A stretch of 63,878 nucleotides of DNA, counting the filler, from Reclinomonas americana ATCC 50394 (Eukaryota): NCBI GenBank assembly GCA_048213135.1. It is 5 parts of 5 records of this genome, joined end to end, with 100 filler letters (N's around TTAATTAATTAA, not from the genome) between each part and the next. Parts side by side here need not be neighbours in the genome. Positions count along the whole stretch, not along the records: positions 1 to 27,670 come from PS015164.1; positions 27,771 to 49,206 come from PS015165.1; 3 more parts are not named here. The stretch is one strand, 5' to 3'. Below are positions 26,656-41,700 of this stretch, in pieces. The notes under the pieces were generated by a model, which worked only from the letters and a program-made list of their open reading frames with translations, had not been told where the DNA came from and ran no database searches. The stretch's first letter is position 1. Each line of letters opens with the position of its first letter. The translations under genes were made by a program, and so were the position numbers.

Positions 26656-26940
26656 GTGAAGGAGCTCGAATTCGTTTCCCACTTCCCCGACAACGAAAGA
26701 CTTGGACACTCGAACAGAACACGATGCACAGCGTGCAGATACAAGCGTCGTGCGAATTCAACGAATTCGTTTCCCGCTTCCTCGGCGGAGACTTGGCCAC
26801 CTGCACAGAGGAACACGATGCACGGAACGTCGCGCAACTTCAACTTCGTTCGTGAATGTCCTCTGAAAGCATTTTCGCGAAGATCACAACGAAGCAGCAC
26901 ATCGCGCGCAGACACAGACACACAGCAGCTGCTGAGGATC

Positions 26941-27539
26941 ATGGGAGTGAGCATCACTGGCCCTTGGTATGCAAGCACATTGCTCATTTGAGTTGACTCT
27001 CACACATGCTCGCAGCTCTCACTCACTCTCTCACTCACAGGATCCTCTTTGCGATCTTTGTGTTGGTGCGTGCAAGCTTACACATACACACGTTGAGAGA
27101 CAGAGAGAGAGAGAGAGAGGCAAAGACAATGCATCTCACTCTATCTCACAGATCACCATCTCCCTCTGTTATGTCTTCACCAAGTACTACTCGAAGGTGA
27201 ATGTGGTGGCGAAAGTTCCGACTTTGGTGACTGTGTGTGCGCTCTCGTTTGCGGTCGCCTCGCTCTGGCTTGTTCCACTCGATGTGTTCAATGCGGAACG
27301 AGGTCTCACGACGACAACTGGCGGTGGTGGTGATGGAGAGGGGGACGATGGGGTGTCGCCCATGGCCAGTGCGCAGTCGATTGAGACGTTGTATTTGGGT
27401 GAGTGGGGAGGGAGAAGGGGGGAAGGGGGAGAAGAGGAGAATGGGAGAAGGGGGAGGGGAGAAGGAGAGAGAGAGAGGGAGAAGGAGAGGAGAGAGAAGG
27501 AGAGAGGGGAGAAAGTTCGTGGCTTGACAACGAATATAG

Positions 27540-27584
<45 letters not shown>

Positions 27585-27820
27585 AGAGAGCGACGAACGA
27601 AAGGAAGAGAACGAACGAGTGTCGTCGTACGAACGAAGGTGGTCGGGTAGGTAAGTAAGTTAGTAGGTAGNNNNNNNNNNNNNNNNNNNNNNNNNNNNNN
27701 NNNNNNNNNNNNNNTTAATTAATTAANNNNNNNNNNNNNNNNNNNNNNNNNNNNNNNNNNNNNNNNNNNNGTAGTAGACGTAGGAGGAAGGTAGGTAAGT
27801 AGTAGTACGTAGTAGTACGA

Positions 27821-27862
<42 letters not shown>

Positions 27863-30557
27863 CAGAGTGAGCAAGGAGCGCAAGGAAACGAGAGAACACG
27901 ATGGCTTGTCAACGAGTGCGGGTGAAGATTGAGTGTGAGAGTGGAAAGGAGGAAGGGAGAGAGAAACGCGATTGCCTGTCAACGAGTGCAGTTGCAGTGA
28001 GAGACTGTGATCATGCTGTTCTCATTCTTCATCTCGTTCTCCCCTCTGCGGTCGGGCTGTTCTCATTCCACATCTCTCTCCTCTCCCTTCGCTCCGCCCC
28101 TTGCTACTTCAAGACAATGTGATCGTTCTTCATCTCCCTCGTCTCCCGCTGCTTCACCCCTTCCCCCTGTTATTCTCATACTTCATCTCTGACCTCCCTC
28201 CACCCCACCCTTTCCCAGTTCCAGAGACTGCTATTCTCGTTCCTCATCTCTCTCACCACCCTCCGCCCCACCTCTTCGCCGTTTGCGATCATGCTCCCTC
28301 GTCTTCCTCTCTCTTGCACTCTCCCCGTTCGCGACCGTGCTGTTCTCATGCCGCGTTTCTCTCACCTCCCTCTGTGCTCCGCCCCTTCCCGTTCGCGGTC
28401 GTGCTGTTTGCATTCCACATCTCTTCAACACCCTTTGCCCCACCTCTTCCCCGTTCGCGATTGTGCTGTTTGCATTCCACGTCTCTCATGTCCTCCTTCT
28501 CCTTCATCCCTTCCCCGTTCGTTCTCCTTCCGCATATCTCATCATCTCCTCTCTGCTCCACTCTTCCCCTTTCACAGTCTCCTACCTGGTCATGACGGTC
28601 TTCGCCTTCATCATCGTCCCATTCGCCTACTTCTTCTACGAGGAGCACGATCCGGACTCGTCGGGCGTCAGCCGTGTGTGTGCCGCCCTCCGCTACACCA
28701 TCATCTGCATGGTGATCTTTGTGATTCTCCTCATCCTCGGCCTGACGCTGCAACTCGGCAACTTTAGCGGATCCCCGGAGGAGTGGATCCGCGCCCTGTT
28801 CGACACGGAAAATCGCGGCGTGCAGGCCATTATCTTTCTCGTCACCATGCTGGCCCTCCTTGGCATGTCGGCGTGGGTCCTCTACGCTGGCTACGGCTTC
28901 TCGTCGTTGCCGGTGAACATGATCAGGGGGCGGCAGTCGGCGGCCTCGGAGGGCATAGACCTGGTCGACCGCATCGATCCGCTGACGATGCAGATTGAGC
29001 GGCTGCAGTCCAAGTACCGCATCACGGGCGAGCGAATGACCGAGGCCGATCGGGAGAAGCTGGAGCGCATGAAGCAGCGCAAGGAGTTGCGGATACGCGG
29101 TAGGGGGTGGGTGGGAAATGAGAGACACACATGTGGCTTACCGTGATGCAGATTGTTGAGCTTCCAGGCACACTCGCTGCAGGAGGCGGACCAAGGGTGC
29201 GCCGCCAAGATCGAATCGTGTATGGCGCCGTTCCGCGTTCTGCTGGGCTCCCTGCTGTTGCTGTTGTCGCTCTTTGTTGTGGTGTCGCTCTTCATCACCG
29301 CGCTGGATCGGGCCATCAACTCCATGGTAAGAAGAAGGAGGAGCTAGAGAGAAAGAGGCAGAAAAGAGATCGAGACAGAGAAACAGAGGCAGAGGAACAG
29401 AGAGACAGAGGCAGAGAACGTGACGGAGGCAGAGGTAGCGACTGAGGCAGAATCGGAGACAAAGGGCAGAAAGGAAATGACGATAGAGGGACAGAGGCAG
29501 AGCAGAGAGAGAGAGAGAGTGAGAGAGGAACAGAGGCAGCGATACACACACACACACACACACGCACGCACACACGCACACACACACAGAAAGAGAGAGA
29601 GAGAGCGACAGAGACAGAGACAGAGGCAGACATGTACAGAGACAGATAAGAGAGAGAGACAGAGAGACGGAGAGTGAGATAAAGGCAGAGAAAATGTTGT
29701 TCGTGGTGTTAGAAGGCTGAGAAATCGCGCCCCGTCTCTCGCACTCACATTGACTGGGTGTGTGTACACAGTGCGGCCTCTCATGCGGATTCATCCTCAA
29801 CAAGCCGCACCTGTTCAATCCACTTGACAGACTGCTCACCGTGCTCTCCAAGGTGTGTTGGTGGACCGATGAAGCTAACATGCGGGGGCGATGCATTGAC
29901 CGTGGCGCCGCAGTACTACCCGCTGGACTTGATATTCCTGAGCGGCCTCATGTTCTATGTCTTGCTGGCCTCCATGTCGGGTCTCGTACGCATCGGACTG
30001 CGCGTGCTGTGTGTGGAGGTTTGTTGCCCCCCTGCAGGAAGCTGTCCATCCCAGATGCTTACCGTGTGTGCGTCAGCTGTACCAAGTGCGCAAGCACCGC
30101 ACGCCGCCGCAAGCTCTGCTCTTGATGAGTGTGGTCATCATGTTCATCGTGCTGGTGTTCAGCCTGCTGTTGGTGTCGTTTGCACCGCAGTACGCCACGT
30201 TCGGGTCGCAGAACTTTGTGTCCCCTGTTGCGTTAAATGTCTCTCTGCCTCCTGTCGTCTCCTCCCGCTCACTCCCACTTCCGCACGCAGAATACCAATG
30301 CCACCGAACCGTGCACCGTCGATGCCGCTGTCTCTCAACTGTGTCGCATGACGGAGATATCGCGCCTGCACAACCGCATCATGCTGTCGTCGACCTTTTT
30401 TAGTGCTGTATTCTACGTTGGCCAGTGGGCATTTATCGGCGCCTTTGTGGTCGGTCTCATTGTGTCATTCTGCAAGGAGCGCGATCCACCAGCCATCAGC
30501 AGCAGTAGTAGCTTGAATCACGACGAGGAGGCGGCGGTGGGATTGCTACCGTGGTGA
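26941..30557 (+). CDS. LMBRD1: LMBR1-family membrane protein (lysosomal cobalamin escort LMBD1-like), 9 exons, spanning a contig linker
   Basis: SLWLVPLDVF, IIVPFAYFFYEE, YAGYGFSSLPVNMIRG, CGLSCGFIL...LFNPLD, YYPLD, RTPPQALL, APQYATFGSQ. Confidence 0.9.
27715..27726. other. Artificial six-frame-stop contig linker TTAATTAATTAA (also 49251-49262, 59789-59800, 61864-61875)
   Basis: Identical 12-mer embedded between N runs four times. Confidence 0.95.
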
Positions 30558-30635
30558 TGTAGATCATACCAGTGAATATTAATGAGTGTGTGTTACAAAC
30601 CCCTCACAAACATGTTCTTTTCGTTTTTCAATGGG

Positions 30636-33272
30636 TCAACATTTGCACCCGCCACTTGAGCTCCCTTGATGCCGCTTCTTGTCGCCCAGATCCACGCTGC
30701 CAAACTTGGAACCACTTGGATCCGACCCTGAGCCGCCCTTGCCGTACACCAGTTGCTTCGCAATCTCGAAAAACAATTCCGCCACTCCTGTGGGCGACAA
30801 ATAGGTCATGTGAGGGTGTGCTCTCTCTCACCACCTTTCCTTCCCTTAACAGACCTTTTCCCGTCTTCGCCGACGTCTCAAACGCCTTGGCGCCAATCTC
30901 CTTGGCGTACTCGTCTGCTTGCTCAAACGATATCCGCCTTTCGGTGCCAAGATCCACCTTGTTGCATGCAATCACCAGAACTGGGGAAGCGAGGGAGAGG
31001 GTGAGAGAGTGTGAAGGAGAAAGAGAGAATGGGGTGGCGAGGACGTAACTCATCGGTTCGCGCACGTTTCTCTTTAGTTCTGCGGGGGGGGGGGGGAGGA
31101 AGGGTGGGACAAGGAGACGGAGGAGGAGGAGGAGGAGGAGGAAGAGGAGGAGGAGGAGCAAGAGGGAGGAGGAGAGAAGGAGAGGGAGGAGTGGAAGAGG
31201 AGCAAGAGGGAGGAGAAGTACGTGAAAGAGGTGGGAGGATGACGGGAAATGAGGATTAGAGGAGGGTGGGAAACAACGCGAGAAGAAAATTCAACTGAAG
31301 CGAGACAAGCAGACCAGAAACATCAAGGACAAAGGAGAGGTGAAACCACAGAAAAAGAAAATCAGCCAATGAAGATAAACGAGGAAGAGAAAAGAGAGGG
31401 AATAGAGAAAGAGACAGACAGATGGCCTACAACAAGAGCGAAATAGGAGCAAAATAGAATGGAGGAGGAGGACAACGGAAGAGACGATGCAGAAGAGCGA
31501 CGACAAGCATGGCGAGCGCACCTTTTACCCAGTCCTGCACACTCCGGAAAGACTCGGCGTTGGTGACATCAAATACAAGCACAGCTGCAGAGGCGCCTGT
31601 GGATGGTATGCAGTGAGAAAACATTGATATAAATAGGGTCGAGCGAGTCGCGGGCGCGGCACATCGGTGAACAACGGAGAAAAGAGTGCACAAAGGAAAA
31701 GTGTTCACCCATGATAAAAATAGTCCATATAATGCAAGGCAAGCGAGTTGCAGACACAGCAAGAGAACGTGAAGGCCTCGCATGCGCAGGCGCGAGAGAT
31801 CTTGTAATCGTGAACAAGAGGAGGAGAGCACGAAAATACTGGTGCGCGATGAACAAAAAAACCGACTCTGTCAAGGAAACCAGCACACAAGGAAAAGTGG
31901 ACTCACCGCGGTAGTACATGGGCGCCATGGATCGAAACCTGGCGTATTGTCAATGAGTACGATGTAGGGAGACACATAAAGAGAGATGCACAAGCACAGC
32001 AGATAAACACACACAAGTATGACAGACGCAAGAATGCACATGCACACACGCATTGTAGGAATGCAAACACGCACACACGCATTGTAGGAATGCACAGATC
32101 ACGCACTCTGTCACGGAAGCATTCACAAAAACAGAAATGTTCGCGCGCTCTCGCACACACACATTCTCATTCTCATGATCACGCACCGTTCCTGCCCTGC
32201 CGTATCCCACAGCTGCAGTGACAGCTTCCTGTCATCCAGCATGCTGCGAAAATGTCAAACCATGCATCCTATAGTGAAAAGAAGACAAACAAACGCAGAC
32301 GCAACATTTTCTTGGTCAAGAACGAGGCGCCGACAGTGGGGCCCACGTCGGCAGAGAATGAACCACTCGTGTATTGTGTGACTACGCATGTCTTGCCGAC
32401 ACCAGTGTCTGTATTGCGAGGGAAAGGTGGAATGAGACACACGAAAGGGAAAGGGAACGGGAAAGGAGAAGCAGAAATAAACTCACGCACACGCACACGC
32501 ACTCTCGTGTCGGAACCTCCCTTGCTGAGAAGCAGCTCTGACACTCTCAATCACGCGAATACAGTGATGGGAGAGAGAGAGAGAGAGAAGAAGAAGGATG
32601 GGAAAGAGAGAAGAAGAAGGACGATGTGACGCAATGGCGAGGGGCAAGATGTGTATCGCGTTCTCGCCTCAAAGCACATGTGCGCGCAGTGCATGCGTGA
32701 GAGCGAGGGAGAGAGAGAGGGAGAGGGAGAGGGAGAGAAGGCGCACGAAGCGTTGTGAACACTGGCGACGAATGAAGTGTCTCTTCGACGCAACCGAGTG
32801 CAATGCACAGAGAATNNNNNNNNNNNNNNNNNNNNGAAGCACGTAGGCAAGCGGTGCACTGACAGGGTGGGATAAGAGAGAGACAGAGGGAGAGGGAGAG
32901 AGAGGGAGAGGGAGAGAGACAGTGAATGCGAGAGAGAATTAGCACCGAGAGAGAGCGAGGATGAGAAACAGGACACACAGAGAGAGTGTGTGTGAGGTCG
33001 AGGAAGCACACAGAGAGAGGGAAAGGGAGAGAAGGTGCACGATGTATTGTGAACGCTTGCAACGACAGAGTAGCCTCGCAAAGATCTCTCTTCGACGCAT
33101 GCACAGCGAGAACAAAGCACACAGGCAAGAACGAGCACTGACACGCTGGAGAGACCGGTGAGGTGGAGAGCGAGAAGAGGAAACGACCAGCTTCGCCACA
33201 CAGTGAGCCTCCACACTCGTGCCACTCACCGCCCAACACCACAATCTTCGCATCCAACGGCGCCTGTTGCAT
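30636..33272 (-). CDS. Rab GTPase of the Rab5/Rab22 group, 8 exons
   Basis: [52 protein letters not shown], C-terminal GGCKC*. Confidence 0.93.
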
Positions 33273-33407
33273 TCGAAAATACTATTCCCACACACGAGAT
33301 CACTGCAATCCAAAAACAAATGACTTGATCAATGAATGAATGAATAAACACGCGGATAATCATCCGATGATGATTTGATGCACCAGTGGCAAAAAAACAC
33401 ACATCAG

Positions 33408-33498
<91 letters not shown>

Positions 33499-35015
33499 TA
33501 GNNNNNNNNNNNNNNNNNNNNNNNNNNNNNNNNNNNNNNNNNNNNNNNNNNNNNNNNNNNNNNNNNNNNNNNNNNNNNNNNNNNNNNNNNNNNNNNNNNN
33601 NNNNNNNNNNNNNNNNNNNNNNNNNNNNNNNNNNNNNNNNNNNNNNNNNNNNNNNNNNNNNNNNNNNNNNNNNNNNNNNNNNNNNNNNNNNNNNNNNNNN
33701 NNNNNNNNNNNNNNNNNNNNNNNNNNNNNNNNNNNNNNNNNNNNNNNNNNNNNNNNNNNNNNNNNNNNNNNNNNNNNNNNNNNNNNNNNNNNNNNNNNNN
33801 NNNNNNNNNNNNNNNNNNNNNNTTTCTCAGTCGCCCGGAGAATGTGAGAGAGGAGATGAGAGAGAGAGAGAAGAGGGAGCGATGAGTGCAAGAATCGACA
33901 CGTACACACACACACTCACTCACTCACACGCACACACACTAACTCACACACTCACTCTCTCTCACACACTCACTCACTCACACACTCACTCACACACACA
34001 CACTCACTCACTCACACACACACGTACACACACACACACACACACACTCACTCACTCACTCACTCACTCACTCACTCACTCACTCACTCACTCACTCACT
34101 CACTCACTCACTCACTCACTCACACTCACTTGCATTCCTGTCTATCTCTCCTCGGATGTGGACGCGATTGCATCACACACTGACACACACTCCACTCTCA
34201 CTCTCTCTCACACACACTTGCTCACTGTCTCCCACTCACTCACTCACTGTCTGTGTCTCTCTCATCGGAGTGGACCCGAGATTGCATGCATTGGGACCGG
34301 TTTCGATACTCTCTCTCATTCTCTCTCTCCTTCTCTCTCTCCTTCTCTCCTTCTCTCTCTCTCTCTCTCTCTCTTTGCATTCCTCATTGTANNNNNNNNN
34401 NNNNNNNNNNNNNNNNNNNNNNNNNNNNNNNNNNNNNNNNNNNNNNNNNNNNNNNNNNNNNNNNNNNNNNNNNNNNNNNNNNNNNNNNNNNNNNNNNNNN
34501 NNNNNNNNNNNNNNNNNNNNNNNNNNNNNNNNNNNNNNNNNNNNNNNNNNNNNNNNNNNNNNNNNNNNNNNNNNNNNNNNNNNNNNNNNNNNNNNNNNNN
34601 NNNNNNNNNNNNNNNNNNNNNNNNNNNNNNNNNNNNNNNNNNNNNNNNNNNNNNNNNNNNNNNNNNNNNNNNNNNNNNNNNNNNNNNNNNNNNNNNNNNN
34701 NNNNNNNNNNNNNNNNNNNNNNNNNNNNNNNNNNNNNNNNNNNNNNNNNNNNNNNNNNNNNNNNNNNNNNNNNNNNNNNNNNNNNNNNNNNNNNNNNNNN
34801 NNNNNNNNNNNNNNNNNNNNNNNNNNNNNNNNNNNNNNNNNNNNNNNNNNNNNNNNNNNNNNNNNNNNNNNNNNNNNNNNNNNNNNNNNNNNNNNNNNNN
34901 NNNNNNNNNNNNNNNNNNNNNNNNNNNNNNNNNNNNNNNNNNNNNNNNNNNNNNNNNNNNNNNNNNNNNNNNNNNNNNNNNNNNNNNNNNNNNNNNNNNN
35001 NNNNNNNNNNNNNNN

Positions 35016-35175
<160 letters not shown>

Positions 35176-35298
35176 CCTCCCTCCCTCCCTCTCTCCCTCT
35201 GCCTCTCTTACCTCACCATGCTCACTCATTCGTGTTTTCTTCTTGCCCTCCCCTCACTCCCTTATTCACCCCTCACCCCTCACCCCTCTCACCTCCAG

Positions 35299-38200
35299 CG
35301 TGAGCAAGAACTCGAAGAAATCACCGTCACCGAGAAGCCGCCAGAACTGCGCTCCCCCGAAGAGCAACTCTTTGTGGTGCGTCCATTACTCTTCTTCGTG
35401 TTTGGTTTACACTGCCTGCTCATTGGCTCTGTCTCTATCCTCTCTTTCCCTCTTCATTTGCCTTTGCCTCTGCCTCTCCCTCTCTCCCTCTGCCTCTCCC
35501 CCTCCCCTCTCTTCCCCTCTGCATCTCCCTCCCACCCTCTCTCCCTCTTCCTTTCCCTCTCCCTCTCTCTCCCTCTCCCACCCTCCCTCGCTTCCCTCCC
35601 TCTCCCCCCTCTCTCTGTGTGCGCGCCCCACAGCGCGTCCTCGCCCGCTACCGCGAAAACCTACAACACGTGCGCGAACTCGAGAACCGCCTCCTCACCG
35701 AACCCGTCGGCAGACTGAGCGGACCGGTCTGTCCCCATTCCTTCCCCCAATCGTCTCACACCCTTTGTTGACCTGCTATGCAGCAACTCGACGCCCTCCG
35801 TCTCTACCGCTGGGCGCAGCGTCAGGAGGAGATCGCCAACGAGACGCTGGCAAAACGCGAAACCGCCGACCACCGCCTTCGCTTCCAATTCCTCTCCTCG
35901 TCCTCCGCCCCCTCGGCCACCGGCCCGCGAAACGACACTCCTCCGCGCTACGGCGGCATCCCCGACGAGACGGCGCACTCGCACTTTGTCAATGTGGTGT
36001 ACGCCCCGCCGCAGCCACCTCCACCACCACCACCTCCGCCACGTCAGCAACCACAGCAACAACAGCAACAGTATCAGCACCCACTGCAGATGTTGGGAGA
36101 GCGACACACCGCCACGTCGCAGCATCCGTACCCGTTTCCGTATGTGCCCAACGGCCACCATGCCGTGCCCACACTGCCGTCGGATCTGGCCGACGCATCC
36201 ATGGCGGTGCTGGCGGCGCTGCGGGCCAACAATGAGCGCCTGATGGAGCGCTACGCCGAGCATTTGCGCGAGATGCAGGGCGAGTTGGAGCAGCAGCAGT
36301 ACGAGCAGCTGCGCACCATGCCGTCGTTCATCTCGGCGTCGTCCACCAACACATCACCGCTGCGTGGCGCCACCTCGGCGACCAACACGTTTTCGTCGTC
36401 ATCTTCGCCACCGCGATCGATCGGTAGCGGTGGCGATTTGTCGCCGCACTCCGCGCGCATGGGTGCCAGTCATGCGCCGCCCACCAGTGGTCAGTGGCAG
36501 CCGACGGCGCTCTCATCTGTGCCATACACGGCGCCCTTTCCACCCGCTCCCGCTCCGATTCCGCCGACGCACATGGCCGATTACCCGCACCGTTACCAGA
36601 ATGGACACAGCAGTGCGCCGCCGTCGCTCCTGTCCGTTGATTCGGTAGGTGGTGGTGGTGGGGAGGAGGGGAGATAAGGGGAGGGAGAGGGAAGAAAGTC
36701 CCCCTTGTGAGCAGTTGCTCATGTGTGCTCCCACAGCTGCCACCACCCATGACCAACGGTCCCAGCGAGTTGTCCCAGATGCGCAGCATGCTCGAGGATG
36801 CGCTGCGTGAGATGGCCAGTCTGCGAGCGGGAACCCTGGAGGAGATTGGCACGTTGCGACGCACGGTGGAGGATCTCACGGAAGAGGTAACTGCTGGATG
36901 ATAGAAGTGGATGGGTCACATTCTCTCTCGCAGCCACCTGTTCGTATCTCATTCAAGATCTTCCTTTCTAATGTCTTCTTGCTCTTTCTCTGTCTCGTCG
37001 TGTCACCCGTTCTGATACTCTCACTTACATCGTGTGTTCCTGCTCTTTACCTTCACTCTCTCAGCTGCTCTCTTGCGCTCTCTCACTATGTTGCCTGCGC
37101 TACATTTCTCCCCCACCGCCGTTGTCTCACTATCTCTCTCTCTCTCTCTCTCTCTCTCTACATTTTTCATCGTCTATCTTTCGCCGTGTCAACCCCCGAT
37201 CTCCCTCTTTGGTTTCTTCTATTGTTTCGCATTCCCTGCTTCACTGTTGCTCTCTCTCTTCCTCTCCCTCCCTTTCCCCTCCTGTCCTCACCCTTTCCCC
37301 TCCTGTCCTCACCCTTTCCTCTCCCTTTCCCCCTGCTGCAGAACCGCAAGCTGAAAGACCAAATGACCAACGTGCGAACAAACTCGGCGCGCCGGCGCAT
37401 CGCCCACTACTCGGGCACTCTGCGGAGGCGAACGCCGTCGCCGCTGTACCACCAACACGCGACAAACTCGCACGACAGACAGCCATCGTATCATCGCCAT
37501 CACTCCCCTTCAAGTCGCCACCAACCACTGTCGTCGTCGTCGCCGCCGCACTCGCCGCACTCGCGACCGTCGTCGGACCTGTATTCACCCACGCACCGCA
37601 CTCGCGCGTACCGCTCCTCACGCTCCCCGTCACCTCGCTCTCGCACACCACCCTCGTACCGACGTCGAGGACGTGCGTCGCCGTCGCACGAGAGCCATTA
37701 CCGGCATGATCAGCGCATGGATAGCGCCGTGGTTGCGTCATTTGCAAAAGAGTGCCCTCCCTGTCAACTTCAATAACTCACTACTCTTTTTCTCTGTGCA
37801 CAGTTGGCCCCACTCCATTCCGATCCGTCGTCGGCGTTCCGCTTGCACAACTCGCTGCCGGTGTCGCCGCTGTCGTACGACGTGCTGAATGGGACCGACG
37901 ATGCGCTGGAGGAGTTGCCGCTGGATGGTGGGGCCGAGGAGGATCGACAGTCGAATGAGTCGGCCTCCCGGCCTTCCATTTCGTCGCACTCGAGTTACCA
38001 CTCGGCAACTGCACTCGCCGCCGCAGGTCTCGGCACCGCTCGCGCTGGTGATATGGGTGGTGGTGGCGGGGGTGGTGTCGGCAGCGGAGCTGCAACGGCG
38101 GGCGGAGCGCCATCGCGTAACACGCGCGTGCGCACGCCACCACCCGCCGCGGAGCAGGACGGTGAGCCACCGCGACGGCGGCGGCGACCGAGTCGCGACA

Positions 38201-38665
38201 CGCAGAATCCATCGCCCACACGTGTGCGCTTCCGCGACGAGCACCCGGTGCTCCTCGGGCATGAGGGACGCTCGGAGGATGAGGACGAAGGTGGTGATGC
38301 AGGATCGATGCCGGGGTCGGCGGGCGCAAGGTGAAGAGAGGGGAGAGAGAGAATGGGAGGAAAAGAGGGAGAGAGGGACACAGAGAGCGAGAGGGACAGA
38401 GAGGGTCACAAAGACGAGAGGGACAGTGGGCTTTACAATGGTTTTGTGGTTTCTCTTCTCGTCTCTCTCTCTCTCTCTCTCTCTCTCAACTAACTCCCAC
38501 CTCGCCATGCAGTCGCACCGCCGATCTCCTGGACGTGAGTGCCATACCGATGGTTCGCCGCACTGGAAGCGCCGAGTGGGACACGTCGTCAACTGATTTC
38601 CCGGAAGAGGTGTGTCGTGGCCCCCAGTGTCTCTTGTCTTCAGCAGTCCTTGTTCCACTATTACC

Positions 38666-38705
<40 letters not shown>

Positions 38706-41700
38706 NNNNNNNNNNNNNNNNNNNNGTCTGTCTCCCTTTTTCTTCCAGTTTGCTTTCTCATTCACTCTCTCTTCGTCCAGTTCGCTTTATCTTTCTGTCT
38801 CCTTGGTGCTTTGCTCTTTCGTCACGTGTTGTCTCTTCCAAGTCTTCACCTTTCTTATATATGTTTCTACTTTCCCCCACTTTCATCTTTCTCGTCTTTG
38901 TCGCACTTCCACTCCATCCCTGTTCCCTCCCTCCTCCTTCCTTCCGCTCCCACCTTTCCTTTCCCGCTCTCCTCCCTCCTCCCTCCTCCCTCCTCCCTCC
39001 TCCCTCTTCCCTCCTCCCTCCTCCCTCATCCCTCTTCCCTCCTCCCTCCTCCCTCCTCCCTCCTCCCTCCTCCCTCCTCCCTCTTCCCCTTCTACCTTTC
39101 CCTTACCACCCTCCTTCCCTCTTCTCCCTCACCATCTCCTCCCTTTCTTCCTCCCTCATCCCCTCCTACCTTCCCCCTTGCCGCAGCACATTTCCCGCCA
39201 GCGCCGCGCTCGCCAACACGTACCCGTGGACGACGACAGCACGGGAAACGACGATTCAAGGGTGCGACTGTCGGTGCACGATATGCAGCCACTGCTGCCC
39301 GCCGCCGCCGCCGCCGCCTCCCCACCTCGCCGTCACGCTCCCGCACCGCCATCTCCTCCGCCCCTTGTTTCCAGCGGCATTCCTGATTCGCCGCCCCGGC
39401 AACCTTCGCTACCTCCATCAACATTGATCAGTCCGGCGCCGTCGCCGCCTCCAGCCTCCTCGGCCGCCGCCAGCTCGGCGCCCACGGCATTGCCGCCCCC
39501 GGCGGTACCCGTGGAATCACTGTCTGCGCTCACCACGCCCACACCTCCGCGCTCTCCTTCCCTTTCTCCACCGCCGGCCCCGCGAGATGCATCAACTGCT
39601 GCGGCGCACGCCGCTCCGCGAGAGGTTTGCTGTTGCGATCTGTCGTGTTTTTTTTTGCGTTTGATGCTGACATAATCGTGTGTGTGTGTGCGCGCGCCAG
39701 TCACCACCACCACATCTTCGCCACTCTGTCTCCACTGCTTCGGCTGCTGCGTCATCTGCTGTTGCTCCCCTGGCTGGATACGTGTCGCCGTCGCGTCGCT
39801 CGCCGTTTGCCGAGTCGCCTCCACCGGAACTCGATCAGGTGCTCAGTCGGCGACTGGGTGACATCAAGAGTCGTGAGGCGAGCCGCGCGGAGCGGGCACC
39901 TCTTGGCGAGTCATCCGCCACGCGGAGACCGTCGGTGCGGGAATCCGGTCCATCTTCAGCAGCAGCGGCGACTGTCAGTCCACCACGGCGGCTCTCCACT
40001 GTGCGTATTCTTGACGCGGAGCCAACGGCGCCATCCAGGCCCGTTGGTCGCGCCGCTGACGCTGCCCCAGCCACCGCCCCGGCACCACCGACTGCTTCAC
40101 GGGTACCACTACCCAGCGCGGCTCCGGCGCCGCAAGCCGTCGCACCGACACCGTCAGCCTCGTCGCCAGTCCCTGCGGCACCTGCAGCACCAGCAGCCGC
40201 CGCAGCTCGAGCAACACCAACTTCAACACAGGCGCCTCCTGCCGCAGCCCCTGCCCCTGCTCCCGCCCCTGCTCCCGCCCCTGCTCCCGCCCCTGCTCCC
40301 GCCCCTGCTCCCGCCCCTGCTCCCGCCCCTGCTCCTGCTCCTGCTGCACCCCCGGCACCGCCAGCACCACCGGCTCCNNNNNNNNNNNNNNNNNNNNNNN
40401 NNNNNNNNNNNNNNNNNNNNNNNNNNNNNNNNNNNNNNNNNNNNNNNNNNNNNNNNNNNNNNNNNNNNNNNNNNNNNNNNNNNNNNNNNNNNNNNNNNNN
40501 NNNNNNNNNNNNNNNNNNNNNNNNNNNNNNNNNNNNNNNNNNNNNNNNNNNNNNNNNNNNNNNNNNNNNNNNNNNNNNNNNNNNNNNNNNNNNNNNNNNN
40601 NNNNNNNNNNNNNNNNNNNNNNNNNNNNNNNNNNNNNNNNNNNNNNNNNNNNNNNNNNNNNNNNNNNNNNNNNNNNNNNNNNNNNNNNNNNNNNNNNNNN
40701 NNNNNNNNNNNNNNNNNNNNNNNNNNNNNNNNNNNNNNNNNNNNNNNNNNNNNNNNNNNNNNNNNNNNNNNNNNNNNNNNNNNNNNNNNNNNNNNNNNNN
40801 NNNNNNNNNNNNNNNNNNNNNNNNNNNNNNNNNNNNNNNNNNNNNNNNNNNNNNNNNNNNNNNNNNNNNNNNNNNNNNNNNNNNNNNNNNNNNNNNNNNN
40901 NNNNNNNNNNNNNNNNNNNNNNNNNNNNNNNNNNNNNNNNNNNNNNNNNNNNNNNNNNNNNNNNNNNNNNNNNNNNNNNNNNNNNNNNNNNNNNNNNNNN
41001 NNNNNNNNNNNNNNNNNNNNNNNNNNNNNNNNNNNNNNNNNNNNNNNNNNNNNNNNNNNNNNNNNNNNNNNNNNNNNNNNNNNNNNNNNNNNNNNNNNNN
41101 NNNNNNNNNNNNNNNNNNNNNNNNNNNNNNNNNNNNNNNNNNNNNNNNNNNNNNNNNNNNNNNNNNNNNNNNNNNNNNNNNNNNNNNNNNNNNNNNNNGC
41201 TCCCGCCCCTCGCTCCGCCCCTGCTCCTGCTCCTGCTGCCACCCCCGGCACCGCCAGCACCACCGGCTCCACCTGCACCTCCGCCACCCGTACCTCGCGC
41301 TCCGCTGTCTCCACGATCACCACCTGTGCCGCCAACATCGTTTTCGGCTGGTGCTCTCGGTGTTGATCGCTCTCAGCCTCTGCAATCACTGCCGACTGCG
41401 CCTCCTCCCGCCGCTCCCACCGCCACCACAACTACGGCTCCAATCGCTCCACCGCCACTTCTCCCGCTGCCGCAGTCGCCAGGTGCGGCGCCAGCTCGCG
41501 CAAAGCTCGTGTTGCCTGCGGCAGCCGCCCCCGCAACGGCAGCCGCCACCGCCGCCGCTGCGCAACCTGCGCAACAGCCATTCGAGTCGCTGCTCAGTGC
41601 GCCAAGCGCCGTGTTGCCAGCCGGCGGTGCCACTGGTATGCCGCTTGTTCGCATTCCAGAAGCAGCCGCGCCACCGCCGCTGCTGCCGACGGAACTCACC

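Noticed and set aside
27715-27726. Palindromic TTAATTAATTAA repeated four times in the window
   Set aside because: Artificial stop-in-all-frames linker between N runs, not a biological site.
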